64,000 nucleotides of DNA from Iphione sp. A-MEVVRFRX5 (lineage: Eukaryota): NCBI GenBank assembly GCA_976226885.1, contig OZ320315.1:69626001-69690000 (forward strand), written 5' to 3'. Shown one piece after another: positions 10,198 through 25,232 of the stretch. Within the stretch, counting starts at the first letter, position 1; each line of letters starts with the position of its first letter. Under the pieces are notes generated by a model. The model searched no databases and was not told where the DNA came from. It worked only from the letters and a program-made list of their open reading frames with translations. Both the position numbers and the translations under genes were made by a program.

Positions 10198-13100
10198 GGT
10201 GGAGGTATAATCGATCCCCCTTCACAACTTGATGTTTCATGGCACATGCCCGGGCCAGTAGCATCACCGTATGGCACATACTCGGTGAGGTCACCCTGAG
10301 ACGGAAGTCGATGCCACTTAGCTCGGTCCTCACCACAAAGAATATTATTTATCTATAGAAGGAGCAGAAAATTTAATACATATTTGACTTCCAGGGTAGG
10401 AGTGGGAAAAAGCGAGCTGCAGGATTAGTTGTTGTACCTACGCTCGAGAAGTTGAAATTACTGTCCAATTTATGAACCATTACTTCCGATTCCATGCGTT
10501 ATCAATTCAGGAAATTACGGAATTACCACTTCTTTGTTGTATACATACATGTGCATGCAAATATCACGATACCTTCTCAACTGGCGATCTCGGGTTATCC
10601 CCACCTAAATATGTCATTTACACCACGCGCTAGTCTAGAATTTTTCCCCTGACTTTGGGCTTTTGGGGGATGTCCCCCGGGGTTAAAAACAAATCCAAGT
10701 TCTCTATCAAATAGGTCGGACATGGTTCCCAGCATATGGAACTATTTGTTTATATCCAACGGTTGGCATCCTGAGAAACAGGCTTCCAGAAAACAGGATG
10801 TTTATATTTGTGAAAGCCTGCGTCAACATGATCCAAGTCCCCTTGGATCTAATTGGATCTACATGTACTTCATTTTAATTGATTTTCACACCAAAAATAT
10901 CAAAGTACATTGCATATTGTGTTTATGATGATGCATATGTAATTGTGTATATTGCCTGCTGATTGGTTCCCACCTCTATTGCCATTATATATATAGAACC
11001 CTGGAATTTGTAGTATTATTCATCTAAGCGCCTGGTCGGGCAAGGAACTCTCAGGGTCCACATGTTTTATTTACCTTTTTGCATCTCTCGCTTGTTTTCT
11101 ATTTCCTGTGCCCCCGCGTATGTGGTCGCACTCTGTGGCTAACCACATGGCCCCTGGGAGCCAGGAAATACCGCGGGTGAAGAGCTTACTACTGCCACCT
11201 CAAAAGACAGCCATTCGCATGCATGGGAAAGAATGTCTCGGACAGTGACCAACTCAAAAAGCACCGGTTTCATTCTCAAAATATGCGTCAATATTGTTAA
11301 GGCAAACAATTAATTTAATCGGATAGATGGGGTGTGTATATGGTAAATCATTCTCGACCGCTTGAAAATGTAATGTGTTATCTTCGTTAACGGTGATGGA
11401 TGTTGTTTCAAGTAACATTCATTCACACTGCAATAAATTTCATGTTTTAAAATATACTAGTAGGTAGACCACAGAAAAGTCCTTCGCAGCTATCCCTCTG
11501 GGCGGTTCGTGTGATACTGTCGGAGCGTGAGAGAGTTCAGTATGTTCGATATCAGCAAATCAGTACATCTGATCAATCCACGAAGATGTTTCACCAAGAC
11601 CAAGAGTGTTAACCATTCTGTAAAGAAACATATAAAACATCCCCTCCGGAGACGGTACGAGATCTTTATTGGCCATCGGTCTGGAAAAACGTGTGCACGA
11701 GAAATGAGAAGTAAGCGAAAAAGATTAGACAGATGGGAAGAGGTTTTTTCCAACATAGAATAGAAAGAAAATTCTTCGTGTTCCCATCAACAGGGGTCCG
11801 CGATAAACAACCATGCCCTGTTCGATCGCACAAGGCCTAGTTCAGGAGAAAAGTATGGAAGAATATGTGTGTGACCCTGGTCGACCAAATGTTTTGCCCT
11901 TTGTATCACTTTGAGGGACAATTTTCACCGAGGTGTGACAGCAATGCTTTACTGCAAAACCTGCCATGTATTGAAGATGTTTTTTCCTCGTGTCTTTACT
12001 CTGGGTAATAATTTTAGAGGAAATCTTCCGGGGAATTGGTTTACCCAAAAATAGAACAATATAGCCACCATGCTCGACCTCACAAGCTAGTCGTCTGTCA
12101 ATGGACTGACAGCTTCAAAACGTGGTTGACTTTGAGGCTGACTTGGCCTGTCAGCGTGAGCAAGACTGGCAACCTAAATTGCCCTTGCCGTCACAGCGGG
12201 CTGTCCCTTCTGGAAGCCTTCACTCGTCGGTCAACGTGGGATTCTAGGCCTATACACCTGATCCGATTCAAGCCAGAGGAGGTAAGCGCGGCGTAAACAG
12301 ACCCGTGGGCTGATGAGAGGGCAATACAGGTTATGGAAAGCATATACTTTGATAGATTCACAGAGTATATTGACCCCCTTTAAAACTCAGGTGCATCATG
12401 TGCTCGTGATACCTTTTCGTATAGCATTGTGGCGAATCAATGCTACAGAAATATGATTTATCTCACAGTATAATTGCACTGTCTATCCGCTACTCACAGT
12501 TTCCGCACGTTATTATTGTCCACCAATAAACATAAGTACTGCCTTTCTAGTACCTCGTGTTCACTCATCCTATTTTTAACATGGGAAAAATCACTGCTTT
12601 GCAGGAAAGTGCTAAAGGTATATTGGCACATAAATCGTAGACCGGCGGTTGTGTAGATGGGACCCGCGTGTTCAGAGGAGGACTTATGCGACGAAGCCCT
12701 CTCTAATCCTAGGGAGTCATGAGGCTTTGGACGTTGACAATGCGCGATATGTTCTTTTAAAAACACGTGATAAAGTGTACACATTATTTCCTTTTGTGAT
12801 CTAAGTAATCACAGTACTGCTCGTTATTCAACAATTTCGGCCTTTTTCTTTTTATCAGGTAGTAATTTGGCGGGGATTGGTTGAGGTGGGGAATATTAAC
12901 GGGCCGAAGGCAAGTGCATATAATTTAAAAGATAAATTGTGTGTCAGGAATCCAGCTTTAATATCAACATGCTGAATATTTTACTTCAAGTTGGTACCGG
13001 TTTCTACATGCATATATACGTGGACATATGTGTACATGCAGATATGGACATTGGCCCTCATTCACATTTTATAGTCATTTTCCCATGTTTGCCTCACTAC

Positions 13101-13617
13101 AATTACAAATGAGTAAGAAGAGGAAATTCCTATAGACAAATTTATGATTGTGCATCATATAGACTGTGACTATGAGAAAGAATGTCTCTTTCCCCTTGAT
13201 TCTCATGATTTATTAGAATCTTACCCAAATTCTGTTGAAAAGCATATAACGCACGATGTGAAAGGTTTGCTCCGCGTTTGATTGTGAAAATAAGGAAGTG
13301 TGAAAGTTCTGTGGCTGAGCGGTTTGAGGCCTTGTTTACTAAGGTGTAGTCGGTACGAGATGGTCGCGCGACCTGGAGCTTCTTTCCCACGTTCCGAACG
13401 TCGTGCCCGGGCCGCTCGGCCACCAGCCCCTCGTGCACCTTTGTGTGTGCTCACAGGCGACAAATCCTGACCATCAAGTGGAACCAGGGGAGGGCGGCCA
13501 GCCACAGGATCGACACTTAATATCCATTCTGATCAGGCCCACGGGCAGGTTGGAGGGGCAGAGTCAGCAGAGCATGAAGAGAGAAAGGGCCGACAATCTC
13601 GACAGCTGAGAGACAAA

Positions 13618-13660
13618 GCGAGCAAGCGAGCGAGCGAGCGAGATAAATAGATAGATAGAT

Positions 13661-13708
<48 letters not shown>
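13618..13708. repeat. Compound microsatellite (GCGA)n(GATA)n(GA)n
   Basis: Direct reading. Confidence 0.95.
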
Positions 13709-13715
<7 letters not shown>

Positions 13716-16700
13716 AGTGAATAGATAAAAGTTAAGGATTGGGGTGGAGGGTCGGGTGGGGGTGCTGGATGACAGTGCAGAAGAGAGTGAGAATTTACTT
13801 GGTGCGAAGACGAGATAAATAGAAATACGAAAAGAAGAAGAGATACCGAATTTGGATGGAGAAGGTAACAAAACAAGGTTGTAGGCAATTTTGTCTACTT
13901 TGACATGAGGAATTCATGTCGGGAAAGCACAGGTAGCAAGACCGACCCTCAGATTGTGACAGGCCTCGGGGACAGATAGTTAGGAACCAGGCAGACAACC
14001 AACGAACCAAAGAGACAGGGATGAAGGACAGTTAGAGCAGCTTTTTTCTAGTGCGTGCGGGGCCTCGATGAGTGAAGGCTGCAAAGATGACGACGATAAG
14101 GTCGCCTGTCTGTAGGTAGCAAGCCATGGGCTGTCTCTCGCACGTTCCCCACACCCCACCAAGCTCTAACCACTGGGTTCTTGGGGAAAAGAGGGGGTTG
14201 ATGTTCCCACGACAGGCTGCGAGCCGGGGTGTGCTCTGCACACGGGATTAACCGAACACAACAATAAAAAGCCTGAGTTAGGCATGTACTCATACTTACA
14301 CACCCCAGATGGAGCAGATTATCGTATTACTTTTCCTCGAGTATAATAGTGATATGATGGTAGGGAAAGACCCACAGATGCGGCTTTCAAGCCTGGGGGT
14401 GAATCTTGGTGCTTTTAGTCAGAGGGACGCAACATCATTTCAAGTGCTGTCAAAGAAACTGGATGACGGATGGCTGCTGGAAAGAAAAGGGAACACCGAC
14501 GTTATCGTCCCCAGTGTGGCTGTGACCCCCGCCCTTCACCCCTACCTGGCCCTGGAAGATGGGGGCTCCGCTTTTGGATGGGGCTGGGTTGAAGGGAACG
14601 AAGCCCACTGTTTACCCAATTTTCCTCTTTCAGGTCAGGACAGAGGTGACGCACCTGAAAACTATACCCGAGTGGGACCCAGTGAAAGTATCCCCCTTTG
14701 AATCACTCTCCCCCCTCTCTTTTGATCAATCACAATATACTGTAGATGAGGCAAGGCAACCTCAGGCCCGTCGTGCTGTCAGCTCTTTTTTATGCTTGGT
14801 GGAGAAATGTGTGGGAAAGTTTGCTGGTGGGGTGTTATTGAGCTCTGGTAACAGGGTTATATGATGCAAGAGAGGACTTCAGTCTCATTCATCTGTACTT
14901 TTTAAGAAAGCTGCGATGCTATTTCAATATGCATCTACCCTAATCAGTTTCCTTTCATGTGTCTGAATAACGTGTACATACATCTCTAAGTGTGCTAACA
15001 CTAACGTATAATTTTGTTTTTAGACTATGAAACACTACACATATGTAAAGTCTTACTTTCTGCAATTGTGATTTATAGGCCTACTTGTGTCTTATTTGGC
15101 ATTTTTTCCCGTATATTCTCACCTTTACCCCCTTTTACAGCCGGGGCGTTTTCTTGTTCTTCGTGTGATATGAGAATTTATGAACATAGGACGGTTTAAA
15201 AACATCGGATCGGTATGTGATATGGGATTTAATGAACACTGGGACGTGTAGCATGAGAACGTGGTAAGGTGCATTCATCAAGACATAATACCGTGCCGTT
15301 TCGCCAACGGTACGCCAGATGCGAACAAGAAAACCGTCTAATATGTAGGAGGAACATAAAAGGGAAATGTCCTATCTCTGATATATATATATATATATAT
15401 ATATCGACTGTACTGGAATATCTTCAGCGTCTGAGAGCGCAAACCTCGAGCTTATTATTTCTACTCTCTTGATATAAAAACACGTGTAAAATGTAAATAA
15501 AAGAACATTTCTGCCAAAGATCAAACATTCATCAATCATTTCTTCCCCTATTGTGGTCGTTCATATGGCAAGAATTAGAGTGGCAAGCAAGTAGGTTAAT
15601 GGTACTGTTATTCTTAGATATCATACATATTATTCCTTCAGCATAGGGGTGTAATCAGAGATGACAGAGATTAGTTCTAGCTTGCAAAGTGTGGAATATA
15701 AACGGGTAGTTCCCTAGTGAAAAAAACGAATCCTGGCCTCTAATTCCAAACATATCGAGCTAATTAGCTGGTGGTTAGTGGGGAAGTAGTCGGGGTGGAC
15801 AAGTGCACAAGATTTGGAAATACTTGATCAGGTAATATCGCATGGCTGCACTTGAGGTGACGGTGCACTTAACGAGGATCTAATAGTGAAATTATCAACT
15901 TACAGCCCACCCCAGGGGGTGTCCTACTTTCTGTCTTTAAGGTGAAAAAAACAGCTCATTCGTCGTTGAGGAAAAAATGACGCATTGCATTGAAAAAGCA
16001 CACCCAGTGGGTATGGTGAACTTGGTGAATTAGATAGCCATGTTATTTGGACTTGGGCCAAATCAATAGGCAGATTTATAATACAAGCACTGCTGTGATC
16101 TACAAGCTAGATATAGAAGCAGACGTGACATCACGTCCCATCCCGGTGCCTGTGACGTCATAGGCTTGCTCGGAGGTGCTCCATTTCCTGAGACGGTCGC
16201 AAAAAATATTCCTTGGGCAACCTGAAGGAAAGTGACTCTTGTGGCAGGTTTACCAAGTATCCCTCCAGTAACATTGTTTGTTTTGCCAAGTAACAATAGT
16301 GTCTGTGGAAACACCGACACAGATAGCCTTTGTGGCATCTCCTATACTTATGTTTATTGTTCTGGCTGTATGTCTATATACCAGTTCACCAAGAATGTTA
16401 TCCGATCAATTTGATTTTTCTGTCTCTGGCCAGGAAGTACAGACACTGCAAGGTTGTTTTTAATGGGAAAATTTAAGAGGGGTGGATAGGTAGGTTCCAC
16501 GTTCGGCTAAGATGTATATATCTTCATGAACATATCTTCTTATATCAGTATCAAGTGAAAAAATCAGTAGAATTGCCGCTGGTGAGAATTTAGAATGAGA
16601 CTCGGGGATAGCTTTGCAGATATCTGATGCACTGAAGGTTTGATCTTCCAGAATGCAATTTCTCTCATATTTTCTGTGAGGGCGATGTTTGCACTAGATG

Positions 16701-17871
16701 AACTGGTATGCTGTGCACTGTTTGAACCAGACAACGCTCCTCCTCATGTCTCCCCTGCAGGGCAGAGATACACAAACATCCTTCGCTACTGTTTCATGTG
16801 TCAACCTCTTGATGTGATGGTTCAGCACATTCATTACCTGCTTCAAATAAGAATCTATGTAATCAATAACGTACGCAAAAAACAGCTATTTGCATGATAA
16901 ATACAAGTATTACTTACTTCTAAGAAATAGCAGGTCTTTTTTATAGCATATTCCGGTTGAAATCGGCTCCTGCCTCCCCTGGACCAGAACAATCGTAGAT
17001 CCTGGGAAGATAAGAAAGGACTCACAATGAGGCTAGATACATCTATAATATTATGCATGTAGTGTTGTGTTGCTACGTGGGTTACCTAACACTACTTTCA
17101 CATGCACTAGGGTATATCTAAAAGTAAATCCAGATACATGTATAAACTGAAAAGTGTCTATGTGAAAACTTCTTTCAGTAAAATTTGTATACGTTATATC
17201 AACCTGAATCCGTTTCACACCCCCCCCCCTCCATTTTGCTTCCATGTGAATTCCATATATTTTGATCAGCCATTCAATGCACTAGTGAGTACAATTGTTG
17301 AGATATGCGTTTATGTCACAATCATAAAGCTGATACTGCGGCTAGTTCGCACAGGATGGTATCCCGTCCATATCAACATACCAGCAGTTAACTTTCTACT
17401 CAGAATGTGCGTGGTGCCATTTAGGCATGCGGAATTGGAGAGCCTTGGTCACTTGTCTCTGCAACGGTGACATGTAGAAGCAAGCATGCTTGTCTGGTGA
17501 CACATTGAGTTGGGGAGTACAATACGTTCAACCGCTGCCAATTTAGATTTTAAAAAAAACGCACGACCCAAGCAGAGTCGTCAGGTATAGTTAAATAGGA
17601 TGACTGGGACCCGACCGTGTGAGATTACCACACCAAGAAGTAATTGTTTTCATGTATAAAGGTGTGGGCTATTTAAAGGGGCACAAGCCTTTGTGAAAAT
17701 CCAAAAACATGTAGCCTAGATGTGGCTCTTTGCGTCCTGCTTGTGCACTATTAAAGTTCACTAAAAGTTCTGATGGGTCGTCGTTCGTGTTCAGAGCAGT
17801 GAAACGAAGACATTTTTTGTTATCTGAAGCTTCAAGTGGCTTGCAAAGCCTTTAACAGAATGGTAGTATTG

Positions 17872-18234
17872 TCAGCCACATAACTTTCCCATGGACACTC
17901 GCTGCCAACCTGGCGTGCAGCGCCATCCCAAATGTAAAGATTTGTAACTTAACAAGACAATAACGCTCTGGCTTGGTGAACTCCCGAATGGCCCAGACCC
18001 GGCATTTTCATGGTAAGAGATTATTTCCACCATTAACGGCCAAAAATGAGTTGCTATGATCTTATCGTTGTCCCCTAAGAGTGAAGGTAGAAAAACGGCA
18101 CTCTTGGTGGAGCAGACGTTATCTAGAACGTTCCTGTTGTAGCCTGGCATTTCCCAAGTCTCCTTTAATTTCACCAGGATGTCCTTAAGCTTATGAATAT
18201 ATAAAGTAGACCCCCACTCTAGGGCAGCTACCAA
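17872..18234 (-). mobile_element. Possible decayed LINE APE endonuclease fragment
   Basis: DILVKLKETW-EMPGY resembles DI..L.ETW...IPGY, and SPSQS resembles YRSPSQ. By-eye only. Confidence 0.2.
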
Positions 18235-20929
18235 TAAAGCCTCGTCTCAGTGAAAACCACATTCGAAAATATTCATTCCGCTAATATTGTATGCCTCTTC
18301 GAAGACGACAATCCTTTAAATGAAGACTCTTTAGCAAATAACAGAGTGTGGTTCGACTAATGGAGCAGTACAATGACATTGTTAATGTTAAGATGCCCTG
18401 TGAGACCATCAGAAATCTCTTTGTTTCAATGTTTTAGTTATTTTGTTAAATGCATACACAGTCACCATTAGATATCCAAACCACCCCTGTTTCATGTAAT
18501 TTCATTTAGTTAATATATATTCTTAAATGTAAGTCCTATTTCAATACGAAAAGATAATACATGTATACAGTTTTAACATTTATCCAGAAATCTGATAATG
18601 TCAGACGCTGAGTGCGCAGATGTTGAGGATTGACCATATATGAATATAGTAGACTGCAGATTAGGCAACCACCTAGTAGGCGGGAGGAATAAGTACCTCC
18701 CCTCCCTCCTTGAAATCGGGTCGCCCTGACAACAATAGGAAATGTGTTAAGATCTATTTGGCTCTATTAGAAGGTGATCTCTCCTGAGGTATAGTCGCTC
18801 CTGCGATCTTGTCTCCACTGTACGTATACAAGTACATAGGATTCTTTTTAGTTGTGTGAACATGTAGGTAGAAAGAACAGAAGTAGGAAATAACAGCTAA
18901 TAGGGTTCCAGGGCAGTTGCTCAAATCCGGTACTTCATTATTTTGTGAATAATATACATTCATACATAAGTAAAAAATCGATTTGTAGTTATCTCTGTAT
19001 ATAACATCAAACATGTAAATATTCTAGTCTCGACGTTTAGTCTTTCGAAAATTGTAGTCATGGGGCACTTCAGAGACTTAATAATAATCTTTTCTGTGAA
19101 TTCAAAACAATTACTCTAAAATGAACACGTTTCTCCATCGAAGGGGTCTCGTATACTAACTATGAACAAAGAGGTAAATCTTAAAATCTCCATTATATAT
19201 CATTATGTCTAGACCTCGTTATCGTGACAAAAGGTTATTTAGAAACATTCGCCCCTCCATGTGGCTGGTGTCAGAAGTATTTTCGGATCGCAATTCGCCT
19301 TTGTTATCTCTCTGATAAAATTTTCAAAGGTTGATGAACGGCTTGTTGATACCAGCCTGCAGAGGTCATGGGAACCGCTTGTTCCCAACAGGCAAGCCCC
19401 ACACAAAGCTGGCAGGAAGGAAACACATCACAAAGGCTCACGTTTCAGTCTTGCTGATTCTCCTGGTAGCATGAGACAGGATCACGACTAGAACTCATAA
19501 AAAAAGCTGGGGCTGATAAGACAGTTGACACACCTCCAACTCTTTGGCCCACAGCATTTGCCACCTAATGCGCACATAGAGACAGTGCACCCCCTCGTGA
19601 TGCCTACCATAATGAAACTTTAAAAGGTTGCAAAGAACGCATTCTCTTCTGAACAGTGAGTTTGAATGAGGAAAAAAAGTCTGACAATGGTACAAGGGAA
19701 ACATAAAATTGACAAAGCAGATTGCAGATCATTTTTAGGTTCCCAATTCGTCTCTCTCCTCTCTCACACAGATACACTCCCTCTTTATATATATCTATAT
19801 ACGTATACATGTATATATAAGTAGACACCTATGCATATATACATATACTAGACTGAACCTTTGGAAAATCCATAACACATCTGTCTGTCTAGCTAAACTG
19901 GTTGTGAACGGCCAACTTACAGTAACTACTCAGAGGTTAAGCCCTAACATGACAAAGAAACTTCAAGATGATAACAATAAGCCCTTAGCGTGCAGATATA
20001 CCAATATATTTTACATAAACTACAGATAATTATTTTTTGCAGTCAGGTATGACCTGACCCTTGACGGCGAATATAATGCCCCTGCTCCATGGGTAGGCTG
20101 AGGTCAGGCCCCTCACGACCACTTTAACCCTCGGATATGGTACGAGTTCATCTAGGAACCTTCCATCCAGAATTATGCCAGGGCGCTTCACAGCCTTTTC
20201 TTCCCTAGCGACGACATCACTTTGTGAGACTGGCTGACTGAGATCGAGGATGGAGGGACGTCCGTTGACGTTTCAGGGAGAGGCCTCCTGTCGTTACTTT
20301 TGCTTACAGTGCGTGAAGATGTATTGTAGGGCCACTTTTCCCAGGCTTTAGTCGAGCCCCCCCATGGCCAGCTGGGGGCATCGGTCAAACATCCATTTGA
20401 TATGGTCACTGACTTGTGAAATTGGTCAGTGGTACCTGCCCTGGAGTAAATAAAAGCACGGCATCTGTCAGACGGCATTGTACACAGACATGGTCGCACC
20501 CGGCACCATGACCCAGCTGGAGTTTCGGCAGTGCTCTCCGTCGTACTTTCCCCTTCGACATGTAGGTATAGTTAACAGTTCTTGAGAGACATCCTTGGAG
20601 TAATTAGTCGTCTTTGTGTTCTGACCTACTTTTCTGTACTTTTTACACTTAGACGTGCTTTTCCCTTTCTACACCGCCTTCCTTGTGCTTTTGTCCATTT
20701 CTAGCTGCCTTTGCGGAACCTTTATGTCTATCGAGAAGACGGTCTTTTAACCATGAATTTGTTACCTTTTATGCTCCTTTTTGATTAATTTCCCGTGGAA
20801 TTATCGTTGTAAAGAGGTGGGGTTTCACCGCGCTTTGCCCCTATATGCGTGCCTGGGGAGACTATATTGTTAGATTTGGTCTGTTTCCATAGAGACTGCG
20901 AACCATGTGAACTATAGGTTTAGACTTGG

Positions 20930-21300
20930 GATTAAATTTCGCGTAAGTATGAGGGCAGTGCCAAGGAGCTAGGAAAGAGGACTGCTCGGCAGCAAATGTA
21001 TATCTGGTCGTGTTTTCCTACTGTCTGAATGGCAAGGGATCACTTCTGGAATGGCCCCAGGTTCTCATGTGAGGATCCTGTCGCCTACAGGCCGATGTCT
21101 GAGGGGGTGAAGGTGGCGTGTTTCCCACCAGAATACACCACGATGGTTTCTGTCTCATCAAGCACGACCACGACATTTTCGTGTTTCTTTAATACCTTCC
21201 CTTTTATTATATTGTTCTTTGGCATCCGTACAAAGACATTCTTGAAGTTATTTTCCTCTGGTAAATTCCCACAATCTATGTTACATTCCACCACTGAGGA
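20930..21300 (-). pseudogene. Protein-kinase-like relic (N-lobe)
   Basis: VFVRMPK...VLKKHENVVVVLDETETIVVYSGG resembles kinase subdomains II-V (VAVK...L.HENIV.L.D..ET..IV.EY.SGG). The frame continues through two stops. Confidence 0.35.
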
Positions 21301-24300
21301 TGCATGTTACGAAACAAACACTTGAAATATAATATATAGTTGGTATTGTCAATCACTGCATTTGCTGCCACATACAGTAGTGAATAATTCTACTAGCCAC
21401 TCTTTTATCATAAATATGAATAATTTTTCGATCGGAATACCGCGATTAAATAGGTATTTCCTGTAGTAGGTCCACTTTAGAAATAGTTCTATTGTTAGAG
21501 TCGATTCGATTACAAACCGTCAATTGTAATTCGTATCAACTGGTAGCGACGGACCCTTCCGGTAGCCATATCTTCTAACTATCGTGTTGACACGAAGGCA
21601 TGCCAGAGGCACTTAACATTATCTTCAAAACCTTGATCTGACAATTCACTCACGATGATAACAGACTTTAATATGATCACTTGTACATCAGCATTTTGAC
21701 CAGATACCAATGAAATTGATTAGAGCATTGCATTGGTTTATTTTACATCCTAACATTCGAAGCCAAGTTTGTAATGTAGGGGTCGCTCTTTGCACATCTG
21801 TTGAAAACATCAGGGCCGATTGAAAGTGAAAGCCCGCGGTCTATAGTGACGGACCATTGGGTGCCAACTTGTTAGGGACTCACGTATCGACTTCTTGTGT
21901 TTCAATTGGTGGCCCAATAGACGTCAGCCTGGCTCACCCTTTTTTCTGGAATTATTTTATTTTAATAAACGTTTTATTATCATATAAAAAATTATCCATT
22001 ACCACAATAAAAAGTAAAAGGAACCCTAGCAGAATGCCGATATCGACGGAGCGTATACATGTGATCTTCTCAACATTTTTTTCTTGTGTGGAATCTTTTT
22101 CTTTATTTTTGAGAAGCCCAGATCTCAACATAATAACAACCTTTTGTACATCTCTACTTAAATCTGTTAGAACCATGCAGTGTGCTTTATATACTCATAT
22201 ACAGTGTACATGCATACGTGTGTAATTGACTTAAGTACCGATAGTTATCTTGTATTTCCAATAATATTCTGTGTCAACCACACAAATATACCATCTTCCT
22301 AAGTAGATAGAGTATAATTGGGGATAGAGGTAAAGTTGGCATGCGTTTCGGTATTTGTTAAGCACGCAATTCTCCACAATACTTTACACCAGGTCAGTCG
22401 TCTACGTTTGCAGAATGAATTAGAATTTGATATACTAGATATTAGAGGTATAAAAAGGGACAATATTATGGCGAATTCTGATCTAAGAAAAGGATCAAAT
22501 ATGATGATAAGTAAACATTTTTGGAAAATATACATGTATGAAAAAAACCTGTTGCTGTATCCATCTTCCCTTCCAAGAAAAGGAGGAGCGTCGGAGCTAT
22601 ACATGACCCTCCGCCCTCCCCACCAGTCACCCTGTTGTGTCTAGCCTAGATCTGGCTCAGGTGCCATCTTTAGGTCCCACCTTTCAGGCTGACAGTCGCT
22701 GTCCTCACCACGCCCAGCCCGCTCAGCAGGCAGGTCCTCATCCACCAGTCTCATCTCTCACCCACCCACTCACCCGCCCACCCATCTCCTCCAGGAAGTC
22801 ATCTCCGGACCCCGCCCTCTGGTCTGGACTAGTAATAAAAGGTCGACAGTCTCCCTGTGGTCCACCTGGCAGCTCCATCGTCAGGAGATGGGTCGTCATG
22901 GTAACGGTTTTAAATAGAGACCTCGCATACTGATGATCAATGTGGAGGAAGTAATGAATTCGTCCAATCCAACGGATATCAGGCCGTTTGTTCCGTCAAC
23001 GCGTAATGAGATGGGTACGTGTATGTGTCGCCTGCCATAATCTGGACCAGTACCTGTCAGTCTGAAGAGGATTCTGTGATTCACGTACAATTAAAATGAT
23101 TTTGTCCTTCATCAAAATACGGGATGTTCCAGATTTATGCCTGAGAGGAAGGAGTCTGTTTTTACAATGGGCAATTTAGATTGAAACGAGAAGCGGATAT
23201 CCTCTTATTTAGGCGAATTTGCTGCAGGTTTCTGCTTGGTTCACGTACAGTTGTACATATAAAGTAGCGTTTTCAGCACGAAATAGAAAACATGTTCGAC
23301 CTTGGAACCATGGTCAGGATTTTAAGGTGTTTACCGTAGCTACTTTTTGGTTTTTGTTTCAGGGCATATTCAACTCCTGTCACCAAGGACATACTGAGCG
23401 TAATTTTTCGGTGTCAGGCAAAGCGACAGGCATGGCGGTTTTCAGTAGCCAGATGACGCGCCCATGTAGAACATGTCCCTTTTATTTAGTGGAGGCTTTT
23501 CATTTGTTCCTTCCACAAAGATCAAAGACAAAGACTACGTTGACACATTTTAACGTTTTGTCCTCACGTGTTGCATTATATTTGTGTGCTTAAATACAGT
23601 TGGTTTTGCTTAGTCACAGGTGTCATTAAAAAGTTGTTCCACCTGCACATGGTTTTGTTGGAAAGACAGCCTTGACAGTACTGGTGTAATATCTATGGGC
23701 TGTTGAAATCCGTGTAGGAAATATGATAAAAGCAGACAGAAAAAAATGTAGACCTTTTATTGCTATCTGTAAACTTAAAAAATGCCTTCGCTCAAAAAAC
23801 GCTTTTTGTCAATAAAGTGTAACAACATGAATATGCTTTTATTGAAAGGAAAGAGGTCCATCTATCGAATACAATATATGTACATATTATCAAATTGCGT
23901 TGATATCCCTTTGTTGGGATATATGGTGTATAAGCCTCTGCCTCGAGAAAAAAAGCGTTAAAAGGGCGAATTATGGCACATTCAACTAAGTGTGAAGGGG
24001 CTAAAAACTGGATATCTTCAGATGACCTACAAGGTGGCGGCTAACTGTCTAGGAAGGATACATCTCCCATAGGTTACTCCTCCTTCAATGAAGGGTCAAC
24101 CTATCATATGCAGTACCAGTCTGACTGGGGAGGTAAGGAGTGGAGGACGGTACCTCGTACCCGTCCCCTTGCCCAAGCTGCTCCTATCTGCTTCTCAGAG
24201 GGTTGCTTGTCAGCTCGCGGAATCTTCAGTGTCTCGTATGTAGACATGATTCATGGCCCCTAGATGCAGCTTCTGCAGCACTTGCAGGTAAGGGGTGGTC

Positions 24301-25232
24301 AATAGAAGCATACATTTTAGTGTGAGTCCAGAAGTCCACCATCTGTTTACCCAGGTCCACTAGTTTACACGCAGTGTTCATCAACTACATATAGTACATA
24401 GAGATGGCCACCGCAGCTGAACGTAGCGAGTGAGTTGTGTAACTGGGATGGTCCAATCAAATGGCACAGGTGTGCAGTGAGCACAGAGACATCTGGTGTA
24501 TTGATAGAGCGTTAGCTTTACCTGTGGCTGCCTGGCGCATTCAGGAGCCCCTGAACAATGTCTTTAAGAACAGGCATCATGGATTCATTGAAGAAGGTAG
24601 GACATAGTAGGGCATTATGCTAACAAAACACATGCATGTAGAAATATATTGTATATATGTATTACAGCCAATGTTTCTGGAACCAGTTGTTTGGTTTTAC
24701 CCCGTAATGGTTATTTCTCCTTCCATTTAATTCGGAATAATGTCCACATTTTGTCGTGCAACGGAACGTGATCCACTTCACCGAAAAGGGCCTGAAAAAA
24801 GTAACTTGTTCCCCATGTGTCCGATCCGGCTATTCAATGTCGGATCGTACACTGGTTTTCGGACAGCGCGTACCCATGTACCCGTGCTAGCCTGCAGAGT
24901 AAAGTTGTCTTCCATCTCCAAGAGGAGGTTTGTGGCCTGAGGCCACTTTGGATGAGAGCCCGTACAGCAAAGCCGGGCCATGCCCGGTTCTCCTTACGAC
25001 TTGTCTTGCAGGTTTTCGGAAACTGCATGGGTACATAGAAATAGATAAGTACATGTACGTGTGTCCGGCATCCGAAAACTTGTACCGGATTTCGCAAGGC
25101 CACTGGAATGGTTTTCTCTTCATGTCGGAGGTTTTCCACCCAATCTTCATGAAGCATGTGGATCCCGATAAGAGGGAAAGCACCGACGCAACTATTTACA
25201 AGGTCCTGAGTGATTCAAGACTTTGTTCCCAG

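Noticed and set aside
10938-11062. Solo LTR (TG...CA with CCAAT and TATA-like boxes)
   Set aside because: No target-site duplication and no second copy in the window.
11527-11800. TIR box 1-like YEIFIGHRSG
   Set aside because: No box 2 or WC motif at the expected spacing.
19266-19278. LTR primer-binding site TGGTGTCAGAAGT
   Set aside because: Not preceded by an LTR ending in CA, and no gag/pol follows.
22318-22644. Harbinger transposase C-terminus (AILHN...G..RD)
   Set aside because: Only a 3-5 residue match, with no DDE core or TIRs nearby.
24740-25232. ORF 24930-25295 as a real exon
   Set aside because: It has an acceptor-like site, but the region contains repeated GTTTTCGGA/TCCGAAAAC motifs, a CCGATCCG...CGGATCG hairpin and a TACATGTA, more typical of a non-coding repeat. 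No domain recognised.
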